Assembly: GCF_038025025.1 (NCBI RefSeq)
Contig: NW_027117344.1
Coordinates: 1,612,001 to 1,676,000 of the forward strand
DNA: 64,000 bases
Source: Phyllosticta citribraziliensis
Taxonomy: Eukaryota
Reading direction: 5' to 3'
In this document: positions 50,984 through 63,296 of the stretch, piece after piece
Numbering within the stretch: the first letter of the stretch is position 1
How the letters are laid out: every line of letters starts with the position of its first letter
Program-made: the position numbers and the translations under genes
Notes under the pieces: model-generated
Seen by the model: the letters and a program-made list of their open reading frames with translations, nothing else
Told to the model about the DNA's origin: nothing
Database searches by the model: none

Positions 50984-51801
50984 GGCGCCCAGGGAAAAGG
51001 TGTTGAAGAGTAACAGAAAACAAAGATGGAAGGTCGTGTCCTGTCATGGACGGTAAGTTGACGGCGCGTGCGACGCGACAGACCGCGCCAGGCAAGAAAG
51101 CTCGGACTCGGACAGGGAAGGCAGCCGCGCTCGGGTTGCCAAGCACGTGATGTCGGCATCAATTTGGCATCTCACGTGACAGTCACGCCGGCATCCACTG
51201 CAGGAGTGACGAAGTTGTCCAACAAGAAACAAGATGATTTGGAATCTGTCTCTTTCCACTGTCACTGTCCACAGTCCTCTTCAAGCGTTGTGGTTTCCAA
51301 GTTGTGGTTGTAGCGCAATTCCCTTGCGCGGAACTCTCTGATATCCATCTACCAGACAACTCAACGCCCACTTTCGACCCCATCTTTTCCGAGCGCAGTG
51401 CGATAGTCCACGGCTTTTCATAAGTAACGGAATCCCCAAAGCTCCCGAGCTGGGGCATTCGGTGTGCGATTCGAAGAAGACGACTCAGTTGCACCCTAAC
51501 CTCGGCCCGCCAGCCTGGTCAAGAGCGCCGGGACTCAAACATCGGCAGTTGGCAGACCAATCATCTGCACCCTCGCCTCCTCCGTCATCCTAAGGAAGAG
51601 ACATGTCTGTACCAGCGGCGTGTCGCTGAGCTTCACCAAAAGTTTCGAGCGACAGCTTTCTTTGTTGGGCTTTCAAAGGCAACCTCTCCCGACCATGCGC
51701 TTGTGATACCAGCCTGCCCGCACTCAAAAGACGTTCCAGAGACCTCAGTCGACCCGGTTCAACACTATCGTCGGTTACCGCATTTGCATTTCTCCGCCAT
51801 C

Positions 51802-53288
51802 ATGACCTCCTTTCCATTCGAGATCAAAGAACACATTGTGCCATGTCAGCATATCCGAGCCTACGCCCGCGCCACTGCACATGAGCAGGAAGACGAGCTC
51901 CACCTCGCCGTCAAGCAGTACATTCCACTGGATAATCGTACCCCAAAGAAAGGGGACGTCACCGTCATCGCCACGCATGCCAATGGCTTTGCAAAGGTAA
52001 TCAAGAGCCCCTGTCAAAGAAGAAATACTGACCAGTTTCAGGAACTATATGAGCCACTCTGGGAGGAGCTGCTCAAGCGCTCCAAGACAGAAGGATTCTC
52101 AATACGCAGCATCTGGATAGCCGACGTATCGTACCAAGGCGCAAGCGGTGTGCTGAACGAGAAGAAGTTGGGAAATGACCGTAAGACCCCTTTACGCTTA
52201 AACCGAATCCAAGAACAAATCAACTCATCTATCTCACAGCCAGCTGGTTCGATCACCCACGCGACCTGCTCCACTTCATCAACCTCTTCCGCCATGAGAT
52301 GGTGCGCCCCATCGTCGGCATCGGGCACAGCATGGGCGGTAACCATCTTGTCAATCTGTCGCTGATGCACCCGCGCCTGTTTGAAACCATGGTCATCGTC
52401 GACCCCGTCATCCAGCGCGTCACGAACCTCGATGGCAACTTCTTGCCTGCCGCGCAATCAGCGCGCCGACGAGACATCTGGCCGTCACGCACAGCCGCCG
52501 CAGAGTCCTTCAAAAAGCACCCATTCTACCAGCGCTGGGACGCCCGCGTGCTGGACCGGTGGATCAAGTACGGACTGCGCGACCTGCCGACATCCATCTA
52601 CCCATCCATCGAGGCTGCAGCCGCAAACAACCCCAAGATCTCTTCCTCGTCTGCATCTCCTCAAGAAGGTCCTCCCGTCACGCTCACCACGACAAAGCAC
52701 CAAGAAGTCCTCACCTTCGTACGGCCCAACTTCGACCCGCACGCCGTGCCCGCCGACTCTTACGCCCAGCTCCTCGCCGACCCGTCGTCCATCGTCATCG
52801 CGACCAAAGACGGCAACCGCAGCCCGCACACGCACCCCGACGTCGACATGTCCAAGGCGACCCTGTCGCTCGAGGCCACGCCGCCGCTCTTCTACCGCGC
52901 CGAGTCGCCCCTCACCTTTGCGCAGCTGCCGCATCTGCGGCCCACGGTGCTCTACGTGTTCGGCGGGCAGTCGAGCCTGTCGACGCCCGAGCTACGCGCC
53001 GAAAAGCTGGCTGTGACGGGCACGGGCGTCGGCGGCAGCGGCGGCGCGGCCAAGGGCGCCGTCCGCGAGCTCGTCTTCGACGAAGCTGGCCACCTCGTGC
53101 CAATGGAGGAGGTGGAGCGCACGGCACACGAGGCCGCGGGGTGGGTGGGCCGCGAATTGGCGCGGTGGAGGGAGAGGGAAGAGGCAGACCGCAAGGTGTG
53201 GTCAAGCGTCAAGGAGGAGGAACGCAGCATGATGAGTCCGTTCTTCGTCGAGGTGCTAGGAAAGACGGTTGGGAAGGTGAAGCTATAG
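51802..53288 (+). CDS. Alpha/beta hydrolase (abhydrolase_6, MpaH/Lpx1-like), possible peroxisomal PTS1
   Basis: THANGFAK|ELYEPLW, GIGHSMGG nucleophile elbow, AGHLVPME and a C-terminal VKL. Two introns. Confidence 0.88.
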
Positions 53289-55069
53289 GGAGCTGGCTGG
53301 CTGGCCACTAGGACAACAGGGCTTTGTTTGGGTTTGTCGTGTTTGGCGAAGCTTATTCTCAGGGGTGCATCATTGGTTGCCATCTCGGTCTTGTCAGGGG
53401 GCATGCATCATGACCGCGTATGCATATTGAATTTTTTTTTCCACGCGGCTGAGGCGGCTGAAGACTATCACGAAGGCCTTTTCCACTCGGAACAGATCGG
53501 GTCGGCGCGCAGAGTCAGTCGTCTTCCAAACTGTGTCGGTCATGCGTGCATGCATACGTGCCCGCTGTACAGTAGCTACATACGTTGCAAACACGCAGGT
53601 GCCGTGACTAGTTAAGGTAGATACGGTGCCTTCCAGCTAGCTTGCCAGTTGGCACAGAGACCGGTGAGCAGCAATAGGTTGCTGAATGACTTTTTGACAA
53701 AGCATCCTTACCTCCACATACTCCATCAGACGAATACGAATGCGACTTTTTGTCTTTCACTTGAATGATTGATTCCGCTTCCCGCGCCGCACCTGTGGGA
53801 GAAAGCTTCAGGCGCGCTCCCCGTCGCACGCCGTCCCTCCGCATCGCGGCGGACAGAGGAAGGCCTACTCCGATGTCCGCTTATACAGATGGGTGTGGAT
53901 TTTGTTTGTAGACTGTTGCATCAATGCCACCGTTTGTTGGAGCCTCAAATGCACCCACAAATTTCGACCGTCTTCCCACGTGCTGTGATGTTCAGGTATC
54001 CTCATTTCGTTTGTATTTATAGTCTGATGGACGCGGCGGCAGACGGGCTGTTGAACTGTACCGAGATTCAAACGTCCCTCTGTTCCCTTATAATCCGCTT
54101 TGTTCTTCCCTTTGTCCCGCACTGATCGTCCTTCGTCAGCATCCTCCACAACCCTTGGAGACAAATGTTGAATGTGCGTATCCACCACCGTCAACCCCAG
54201 GTCCTATTCCGCTGCGTCGGGTTCCCCCTTTTCTTTCTGCTTACGCCAGCGACTGAATACCTGGAAACCCGAATGAAGACAGGGAGAAAGAAGGAAGATA
54301 TGGCGCCATCAAAGGTACGAGACTCAAAACTAAGCCAAAATGCATGTTGAAGAGCTCAGGTACGCCAGGCTGCGTAGCCGTCGACCGCTCCGTCGTATCA
54401 TGTCGTTGAAGACGTTTATTTTCTAGTCTGTAAGGTTGAAGCTGTGGGCGCAAGGGGGCAAGGGCTGTATTTGCCCAACAGAAAGGGACCCCGACAGGTT
54501 GTTCTCGTTTTCCTTGCGTTTCTTTCGCTTCTCTTCTCCTGTCTTGTTTTCTCCCTCTCCTCTCTGTGCTCTCGCATTGGATGCTTGCTGCGCTGCTTAA
54601 GAAGAATCGACTCAAAGTGACAGTGACGTGCTCGCCAGTGGAAGCGCTCAGAAATGTAAATCGTAACGACAGGACAAGCAGACCAAGCAAACGAAATGGA
54701 AAGCGGTGTCAAGGAAGCGAGGAACAACAGAGATGGAGTGACGGGGATTATTTGCGAGTACCATGTAAGCGTCCATATCCAACGAATCACAAGTCCAACT
54801 GTGCCCGTGTAGCAGAGTAGCCAACCAACGCCCGCCTGCCCACCCACGCGCGCGCGCCCCTCAAAAGATCCGCGTGTGCAAAGAAATCGTGACAAAAGAG
54901 GGAAAAGACTGAGAGACGCCCGTGCTTTACGGCTGTTGAATCCGCCGGGTGTCCCTGTTGAATGCCCCATCCGACCGAAAGGAAACAAGGAAAGACATTA
55001 CAATGTGAGAAAACGGACACGTAACTTTTTTGGGTGGCTGACAACTCGCTCTTACAATTACGTCAGTCA

Positions 55070-56465
55070 TCACTCTTGCGCCCACCTCTTCTCTCTCAAC
55101 GTCATCTCGCCCGTGCGCCGGCCAAGCACCTCGTCTTTCCACGCCCAGTACTCGCCTAGGCGCACCTCGGCGTAGTTGGCATAGTCAAAATCGATCTGGC
55201 TGATGCGGGCTTGGATCAGCGCCCACACGCCCCAGTAGAAACCGGGAATGCCGCGGAAGACGTCCACTTCCTGGAACAGCTGATCCGCCTTGCGCTCCAT
55301 TTCGGAGTCGGAAAACGGATGTGGCAGGTGGGCGCTGTGTGACTCGACGTACTGGCGGATAAAGTCGCGACGTTCGGAACGCGTTGGCATGGCGTTGTAG
55401 TCGCACTCGAAACCGCCCCACTCGGCGAAGTGGTTGGCGATGTCAAAGGCGGCGGGTGCCGGGGTAGCGTATTCATAGTCGATGAAGTCGACTTTGGCGG
55501 CTTCGATGGAGGAGTCGGTCGAGTGGGATTCGGCAGTTGAGGCGGGCGAGGCGCCCGTCGAGGGTTGCGGCTCGATGATTACATTTCCGTACAACAGGTC
55601 GCAGTGACAAAAGACCAAGGGGTTTTCGCTGATTCCAGGTGTCGATCCCAACAAGCTCACGATCCAAACCAGCTCGTTCTGCAACCTCTGCCTGCGCTTC
55701 TTCTCTTCCTCGGTATCTTGGGGCAACGAGTGGATCCACTTTTGCATGACGGTCCATAGATTGGGCGAAGGCTTGTCTGGGGTGATGTTATCGACGGCGA
55801 CAAGCCACGAAGACTTGCGCCTGTGACCAGATTGGCTATTCGGAGCCGAGGAGCTCTCCTCATTGGGAATTTCCGAAATGATGCTGTCAATGGGTAGTGT
55901 CGCGTGCCACTGTGCAAGGCGGCGAGCGACACCGCGCCAGATTTCTTGCCTGCGCAAGTCTGCGGGAGAACACACGGTCCCCTCGATAAACTTGTACAGC
56001 AGTCCGTTTTCGAAGCGTGCAAAGAGCGGAGGCGCGAGTTTGTGTGTTGCAAGCAAGGAGTGGGAACGAGTCTCTCCTGGAATTTTGAATCAGCTGATGG
56101 CCAGAGCACACGGGCGAGTGAAGACGCACGCTCCCTGTCAATCAAGACGTCTGTTCCGCGGCCGTAGGCTCTCATGAGCACGGCATCGCGGTCAACTTGC
56201 TCCTCGGACCAGCCGGGCAACCTGTTGATGGCTTTGAATAGCTGTGGTAGGGCGCGTTCAGTGCGGTGGTCAGCGGGGGACGGGGCCGGGCGGCGTGCCT
56301 CTGACGTACAGTGTTGGTGATGCCATCGGTGAAGCGGACAAACTCAATTGTTTGCTGCGACTGCTTCCAGTCGGGTCTGAGGGTCAGGATGAGATTGAGG
56401 GCCGAGTCGTGGGAATTGGCGCTGTCGTAGCGCAGCGGGATGTATCGAATCGAGTCGTGTTCCAT
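55070..56465 (-). CDS. Ethanolamine/choline kinase
   Basis: FTDGITN, LMRAYG, Brenner motif VFCHCDLLYGNVI, FIDYEYA and FDIANHFAEW. Two introns. Confidence 0.93.
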
Positions 56466-57261
56466 GGTGGGCGAGGTAGAAATGGGGGGACGGTGGGAGT
56501 GGGAGGGGGAGGGGGGAGAAGGATGTTGGTGGGAGAGGGAAAAGCAGAGAGCAGATGGAGCGTGGTGGTGCGGGAGAGGTCGTAGCGGCGGCGCGGGGCC
56601 CTTCATGTGAAGTGACGGCGCCCCACAGCAAGGGGCTAGGGTCGACTAGTGACGACGGGTGTGATGTGGTCGAGGCGGTGGCGAGGCTGCACTGGACTGG
56701 CTGGCGGGCTGGATGGACGAATGGCAGCCGGTGGAACGAGGGACGAGAGTGTCGAGACGGCAATTGATAGAGTTGGACCCCTCACCTTGATACTTCTGGC
56801 CCCGTTCCTTTTGCTAGAGTCGTTCTGGTTTAACTTGCCGGCAGCCGCCAGGAACAACCAACTGCCTGCGGTGCCCTAGGCAGAAACCCTGGTCCAGGCA
56901 CGTGCCCACTGCCCACTGCCCACTGCCCTCTCAACCGAACAGTCCACTTCTGCCTCAGGCACGCACGCCGTCATCTCCTCGCCGTCGCCCACCTTCCACC
57001 CCATCACACCCACATCCATTCCTCCATCCTGCCGGTCTACTTCTCCAAGCTTCTCAAGCCGACATGCCCTGACGTCCACCTCCATCATCACGTGTAGCGC
57101 CACGCAGTACAACACCTGGGCTGCACCTGATCCTCCAACCACTTCCCGCGGAGTTGTAGATAAGCTCTCCACCTGATGCGAGCCGCCGCACTACCTAGAT
57201 ATCATGGCCTCGATAGCATCCTCTCTGCTCGCATGTACTAACCGTCCTACCTTTGCGCAAA

Positions 57262-60125
57262 ATGGCACAGCATGGGGGCCATGCGCCAGTCGACGAACGC
57301 TCCCACCTGCTTTCCCCCACCGCCCACAATCGCTCCGAGGACGACATCCGCCATTATGAGCCATCCGAATCCCTTGCCAGCTCTGCTGTGACCAAGGAGG
57401 AGCAGCAATTGATGTCGTCGAGCCCTGTCGGCGAGCGTCTGCCTTACAATGACTACACCACGATTGACTGGCTCCACGATTTGGTACCCCTTGCGCTCGA
57501 GTGCCCAAATCCAAAAATTGACGTGAAACCAGGTCAAAGAGTCTTATCGCTATCGCAGGCTTCACTCCCACAAGGGTCTGCGATATGCCGTCGCCGCAGC
57601 TTTTGACTCCTGTTCCGGCTGGATTGCTGCCGCCATCATCGGCACGCTGACTGCTTGTGCCGCATTTGTTGTCGATGTGGCAGAAGCTACCGTGTCCGAC
57701 TGGAAGCTCGGTTATTGCACCAGGAACCCACTCCTGACCAAGGAAAACTGCTGCAACAACCAGACACGTCTCTTGGACGCTCCCTTGGTCCCAGACCCAT
57801 GCCCCGATTTCAGACCATGGTCCACCGGCTACTGGACGTCGTTCGCCACTTATGCGGCATGGGCACTCGCCTTTGGAATCGTCAGTTCCAGCGCTACGAT
57901 GCTCACGCGGCGCTCGCTCCCCGCCGTGACAGAGGACAGGACCGATAGCTACGACTCTAAGCCTGCAGCGGCTGGAAAAGTAATGTACATGGCCGCCGGT
58001 AGTGGCATCCCAGAAATCAAGACCATTCTCTCTGGATTTGTGATTCCAAACTTTCTCGATCTCAAAGTTCTTATCGTCAAGGGCTTCGGTGCCATCTTCG
58101 CCGTCGCCACAGGCATGTGCTTAGGCAAGGAAGGCCCCTTTGTGCACATGTCGACCTGTGTTGGGTACCTGGTTGCCATGTGGTTCCCCAAGTACAGGGA
58201 CAACGGCCGCAAGCTCCGTGAGATGCTGTCTGCCGCATGCGCATCTGGCCTCAGCGTAGCCTTTGGAGCTCCTATTGGCGGCGTCCTCTTTAGCTACGAG
58301 GAAATAAGCACCTACTTCCCTCGCAAGGTGCTGCTGCGCGCCTTTCTCTGCTCCCTCGTTGCCGCCGTCGTCCTCAAGGCCCTGAATCCCACCGGCACCG
58401 GAAAGCTCGTTCTCTTTGAGACCAACTACGGCACCTCGTACCATGCCAGCCACTACGTCGTTTTTGTCATTCTTGGAATTGCCGGTGGCCTGTTTGGCGG
58501 TATATTCTGCAAAGCAAACTTTGCCTGGTCCAAGTGGTTTCGAAGTTTTCCAATCATCAAAAGAAATCCGGTCTTTGAAGTCTCTCTCGTCGTTGTCATT
58601 ACGACCCTTTTGCAATATCCCAACCCCTTGATCCGGCAACCAGGCGACATTGTCATAAAGGATCTCCTTGTCGACTGCCGCAACGAGCGATCCGCAGGGA
58701 CTTTTGTCTGCACTCACGAAGCTCGCGATGATGGACGCGCGAGCTACCTTGGATGGCTCCTGTACGGTACCATTGTCAAACTCGTCCTGACCATCATCAC
58801 GTTTGGAGCAAAGGTCCCTAGTGGTGTCATTATTCCAGCACTGGACGCCGGCGCACTCTTTGGCCGATTGATAGGGCAAACGATCTCTACCACGTCGCCA
58901 GGTATCTTCGCCATGGTTGGCGCCGCCGCCTTCCTCGCAGGTGTCAGCCGAATGACCATTTCTCTTTGCGTTATCATGTTTGAGGCAAGTCCCCCTCTTC
59001 CTTTTCTTTGTTAAACACCAAGTTCCTCCTGCTACTGTGGGTGTGGAAAGAAATGAAACACCCTTGATCTGGCTGTGGCAATAAACGACTGCTTCCTAAG
59101 CGCAACTATGGTGGGCGTGAATGCTACCAAAGTGCAAGCATAGTAGGATGCATACATACTGCCAGGAGATCTCATTTCTTCGACATGCACTGTGCTACTA
59201 GTACCACCATGGCATCGAGATTTATCTGACAACCATGCGCCTTCAGCTCACTGGCGAGCTCGAGTACACCGTCCCGCACATGATAGCCATCCTCGTCGCC
59301 AAATGGACTGCCGACGCCATCAGCGCCGAAAGCGTGTACGACGTGGCTCAAACCGTACTCGGCCATCCTTTTCTCGACACTGACCACGCGCTCAAACTGG
59401 TCCAGAAGGGCGACTTTCAGCATTGTAGGCGCGGCTCGTACGCCTCAACCTCAAATTCAACCCTGACCGCCACGGCTGGTGGCAGCGATCTCGAAGAGCA
59501 GCAGTGTCAAGCAGAAGAAGAAGAGGAAGCACGCCAGAACCAACATCCCAGCGCCGCGCTCCTCCTGCCTCCGCCCGCCACTATGGCCGCCATCACGGTG
59601 CGCGTTCCACCCTCGCACCTGGTTCCGCGCGGCGTGTTGGTGCAAAAGCTGGGCCAGCTGCGTGAGCGGGGACTCATGGACGCAGGGCTGGTCCTCGTGC
59701 ACGAGGCCTCGGGCGTGTTAGCTGGATATATTACGCAGACGGAGCTCGAGTGGGCGCTGGTAGGGCTGCCTGCTATTGAAGACGGCGGAGGAGGAGGAGG
59801 ACAAGGAAGAAGAGGCGACAATTCCGGAGCACAAGCGCAAGCAGAAGGACAAGAAGAACCAGAAATCATGGTGCGCGTGCTCAACTCCCCCAGTGGCCCC
59901 CCTCCCCCTCCAAAGACCAAAATCATCGACATGTCTCCGCTCGTCGACCGCACGCCGCTGACCCTCTCGGCCGCGGCGCCGCTCGAGTACGCCGTCGAGC
60001 TGTTCGGCAAGCTGGGTCTGCGCTACTTATGCCTCGTCGACACGCAGGATGCGAGCGGGCGCCTTGTTGGCGTTGTCATCAAGAAGCGCATTTTGAGTCT
60101 TTTGGAGAGCGCGGGGAAGGTGTAG
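57262..60125 (+). CDS. CLC-family Cl-/H+ transporter with C-terminal CBS region
   Basis: YNDYTTIDWL, GSGIPE, GKEGP, GVLFSYEE, PSGVIIP and VIMFE|LTG. There is an intron at ~57484-57532 and a GC-AG intron at 58985-59246. Confidence 0.93.
59026..59159 (+). ncRNA. Candidate intronic box H/ACA snoRNA
   Basis: Hairpin, then ANANNA (AAACGA 59083-88), then hairpin, then ACA (59154-56), ~134 nt in total, inside the CLC intron. Predicted by eye only. Confidence 0.4.
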
Positions 60126-60681
60126 ACTGTGGGGTGGAGGGCGTTGACATGCGGTGGGAGGGTCAGGTGAGAAAATCAGGCTTCCTCCTTTTTCAGCAGG
60201 TTTGGAATAAGATGAAGAAGAAGTCGACTAGGAAAGGCTGTTGAAATCGAGTTGAGCTGTTCGAGCGCGTCTCCAATGTGTCCATGATTAACGGAATTGT
60301 CATTTGCGCCGTGTCCGTCCACGAGCCTTGTCTATATGAGATTGTATGTATGTAGCGTCTATGTTCTAGGTGATGTATCGACCGATGCGGATGAACATGC
60401 CTTCCAATACTCCAACGCCTTTGCTACGAACCGAGAGAAGTGCTTGTGGTGATATTCTGGCTGCCACTTACCTATGTAATCTGTGACCCTGAGAAATCGA
60501 GGGAGTATGTTCGGGACATGTAGGCAGGAAAGGTATTCTCGAAGAAGAAATGGCGGTTAGGCGTAGGGATGAGGCGAGCCGCATGTTCGCCCGGCGTGGC
60601 GCTGCACGCCTTCGGTTTCGCAATCGATCACCTGATATCCAAATCCAAATCCAACTCTTTGCCGATTGCTTAGGCAAGGCT

Positions 60682-61881
60682 TCACACGACATCCTCGATG
60701 CCCACATCTTCGCCCCTGCGCCTCGCGAGGAAAACTCGTCCCGTCTCGTACACGCCCAGATACAGACCCAGGCCTATGAAGGTCCACACGCCACGCAGCG
60801 CTCCGCCGCGCCACAGGCCCCGCATGCCTTCTTGTGCAAGGATCTCGCGAATGATGGCCATGCTCTTGCTGCCACCGGCGCGCGGTCGGACTTGAGTCTT
60901 CTTGTTGCCCAGTGCGTCGACCAGGCCATTCCCGTTGCCATTGCTTGGCTTAGGGTTGGAGGAGCTTGACGACGCCTCGCCGTCCGCCGCCGCGAGCATT
61001 ATGCGCGTCTTGAGCACGTCAATGGGCGTCGTGAGGACGGCAGCGACGCTGCCCGCCGAGCCCGCGCTCACGGCCGTCACCAAGCCGCTCTCGAGCAGCG
61101 TGCCCGTCTTCGTCCCGTCGCGCTCGCGGCGCGCCCAGATGGCCTGCTTCATGCGCTCGAACAGCGGGAACTGGATGGCCGTGTGGGGCAGGTTGCGGCC
61201 GGCCAGGGCGCCGTAGCCGCGCCAGAGGGCGAGCGGGTTGTGGCGGAACTTGCGCAGCGTCTGGACGGTGGGGGAGACGGACGAGGCCGTGGCGGCCGAC
61301 GTGTTGACCATTTGCGCGTTTTGCTTGATGACTTCGGCCGGGGTGAGGATGGCGCAGGAGACGAGCTCGCCGACGGACGACGCCGCGGCGTGGATGAGGG
61401 GGTCGGGCAGCGAGCCATGGGGGAGCGAATGGGCGTGCGTGTTCAGAAAGGCCTTGACGCCTTCGTATGTGGTGAAGAATGCTCCTGCTGGGATCAAGTT
61501 AGGCCATTGGACGTGGCGACGGTGCAGTGGTGGAGAGATTTTGGCAGACGCCGACGGGTGATGAGGTCATAGGTTTGTGGAGGGTGGTGGGGCAGTGTAT
61601 ACAGGAGGGTAGCGTGGCAATTATGACACTGCCGACTCCTTGATAGGCGCCGCGGAAGAGAGCGCGGCGGTTGACGGTGTTTGTCGCGGCATTGTAGAAC
61701 AGGCGCGAGAAGTCGGGGGACTGCCAGCGCGTCTTGAGGGTGTCGAGCGGGTAGACGAGCAGGTCAACGGTGAAAGCTGCAAATGCGCCGGCCTGCAAGG
61801 GGTGGTGGTCAGGGTGGGGAATTGAGCGGGCGGGGAAGAGAGTCTCACCAGGAGAATGTCGGTGTGCGTGTTGCCGGACAT
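60682..61881 (-). CDS. Mitochondrial carrier, S-adenosylmethionine carrier (PET8/SAM5-like)
   Basis: Three carrier signatures (PLDTLKTR, PAEVIKQN, PIDVLKTR), plus AGAFFTTYE and RNLPHTAIQFPLFE. Two introns. Confidence 0.88.
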
Positions 61882-62709
61882 GGAGGACCTGGCTGGCTCT
61901 TATTCGAGCTCGAGCAGGGCAAGTGGTTTAATTTTTTGGAGGAGACGAGGGGCGATGGTCGATTATCTGATGTTGAATGAAGGATGGATTGATTATCTTC
62001 GAGGGAGATAAGATTGATACGAGATGCCCCGATTGTGATGACTCACGTGGTCGGCCACAGCTGAAGGGAGGTGATCGGATGCGAGCCGAGGGCTGCAGCG
62101 ATGGCAGCTCAGCTTCTGGCAGGTTCGGCGTCGATCTGACAGGTTACATAGTTTGTGTGAGTAAAACGGGCGTCGCAAAAGACAGAGGATGCTTGTCGAT
62201 GAGGCAGCCCACGACCGAGCAGCAAACCACACATTAGATCATAGTTGCAACATCACGTGGGCGACGTCATTGGTTCACCGGACGTCAGGTCCTCCTCCCG
62301 ACGGCTCAGGCTCCGGAAGCTATGAAACGTCGATGAGAGCAAAAGGCCATCGACAGCCTCAGGTTTTCCCGTCGCGTTTGCCTGTGCTGTTTCAAAGCCA
62401 CGACTTGAGCCAGTGCGTCTGGGGAACTTGTCAGATCAGAAGCCGTCCCGCGGCTCCAGCGCGCGAATCAGTCGTGACTGGACTTCACTTCCAGTGGTTC
62501 CTTCGGCAATCCCCCGCCGGTACATCACGAGAAGAATCAGAAACGGCGCTCTAAACCGGTCGGGGACATTCGTGCTGCGGCCACCAGCATACCTCAGACT
62601 ATGGAATTATCTATTGGCCTCTGGCATGTGGCAAGGCCGAGGCGACGTCACTGCACAGCAGAGCGACCCCACCAGTACCTGCGAGGTGCCGTGTCTGTAC
62701 AGTAGAGAC

Positions 62710-62739
62710 GACTGACTGACTGACTGACTGACTGACTGA
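62710..62739. repeat. (GACT)7 microsatellite
   Basis: Perfect tetranucleotide run in the divergent intergenic region. Confidence 0.95.
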
Positions 62740-63296
62740 TCTTGTGCTGCCACAGCCTTCGTGCCGCCGCTTGTGCGTGCTTACCTGCTTCCTCCCTGAC
62801 AAGCCTCGCGCGCCTAAGAACCACGTCCACCTCTCTCGCTCTCCCATCCCATCATCCCCCCATCCGCTCCGCTCGGCCATCGCATCCCAACCCCAGCCCA
62901 ACCCAACCAGCAAGGCCAACTCGCAACATCCCAGACCCAGCACGCTGTAGGGCCCCTACCAGCCAGCCAGCCCATCAGCGACCCCGTTAAAACCACTGCA
63001 GCCGCACGCCCGTCGCTGCCTGCCGTCAACTCCAGCCCCTCTTTCGGCCTCCTCGTTGCTTCGTTCGACTCACCCTACGTCAACCCCATCCACTTCACCT
63101 GCATACCTGGTAAGATCACTCCTCTCCTGCCATCGACCATTACCTGTCCGTTCGACCCTGACTCGCCCGCCTTCAGCCACGACCCTATTCTACCTGGATC
63201 CCGTCTCCTGTTTCACCGCAAACCCAACCTTGGCGCTTCTCTCGGTGCTTGACTTTGCCCACCGCTCACCTCCACGAGTGTTGTCAAGTCAACGCA

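Noticed and set aside
59063..59072. CTTGATCTGG complementary to U2 snRNA as the snoRNA target
   Set aside because: The spacing to the H box and the targeted U do not fit the usual guide geometry, so it may be chance.
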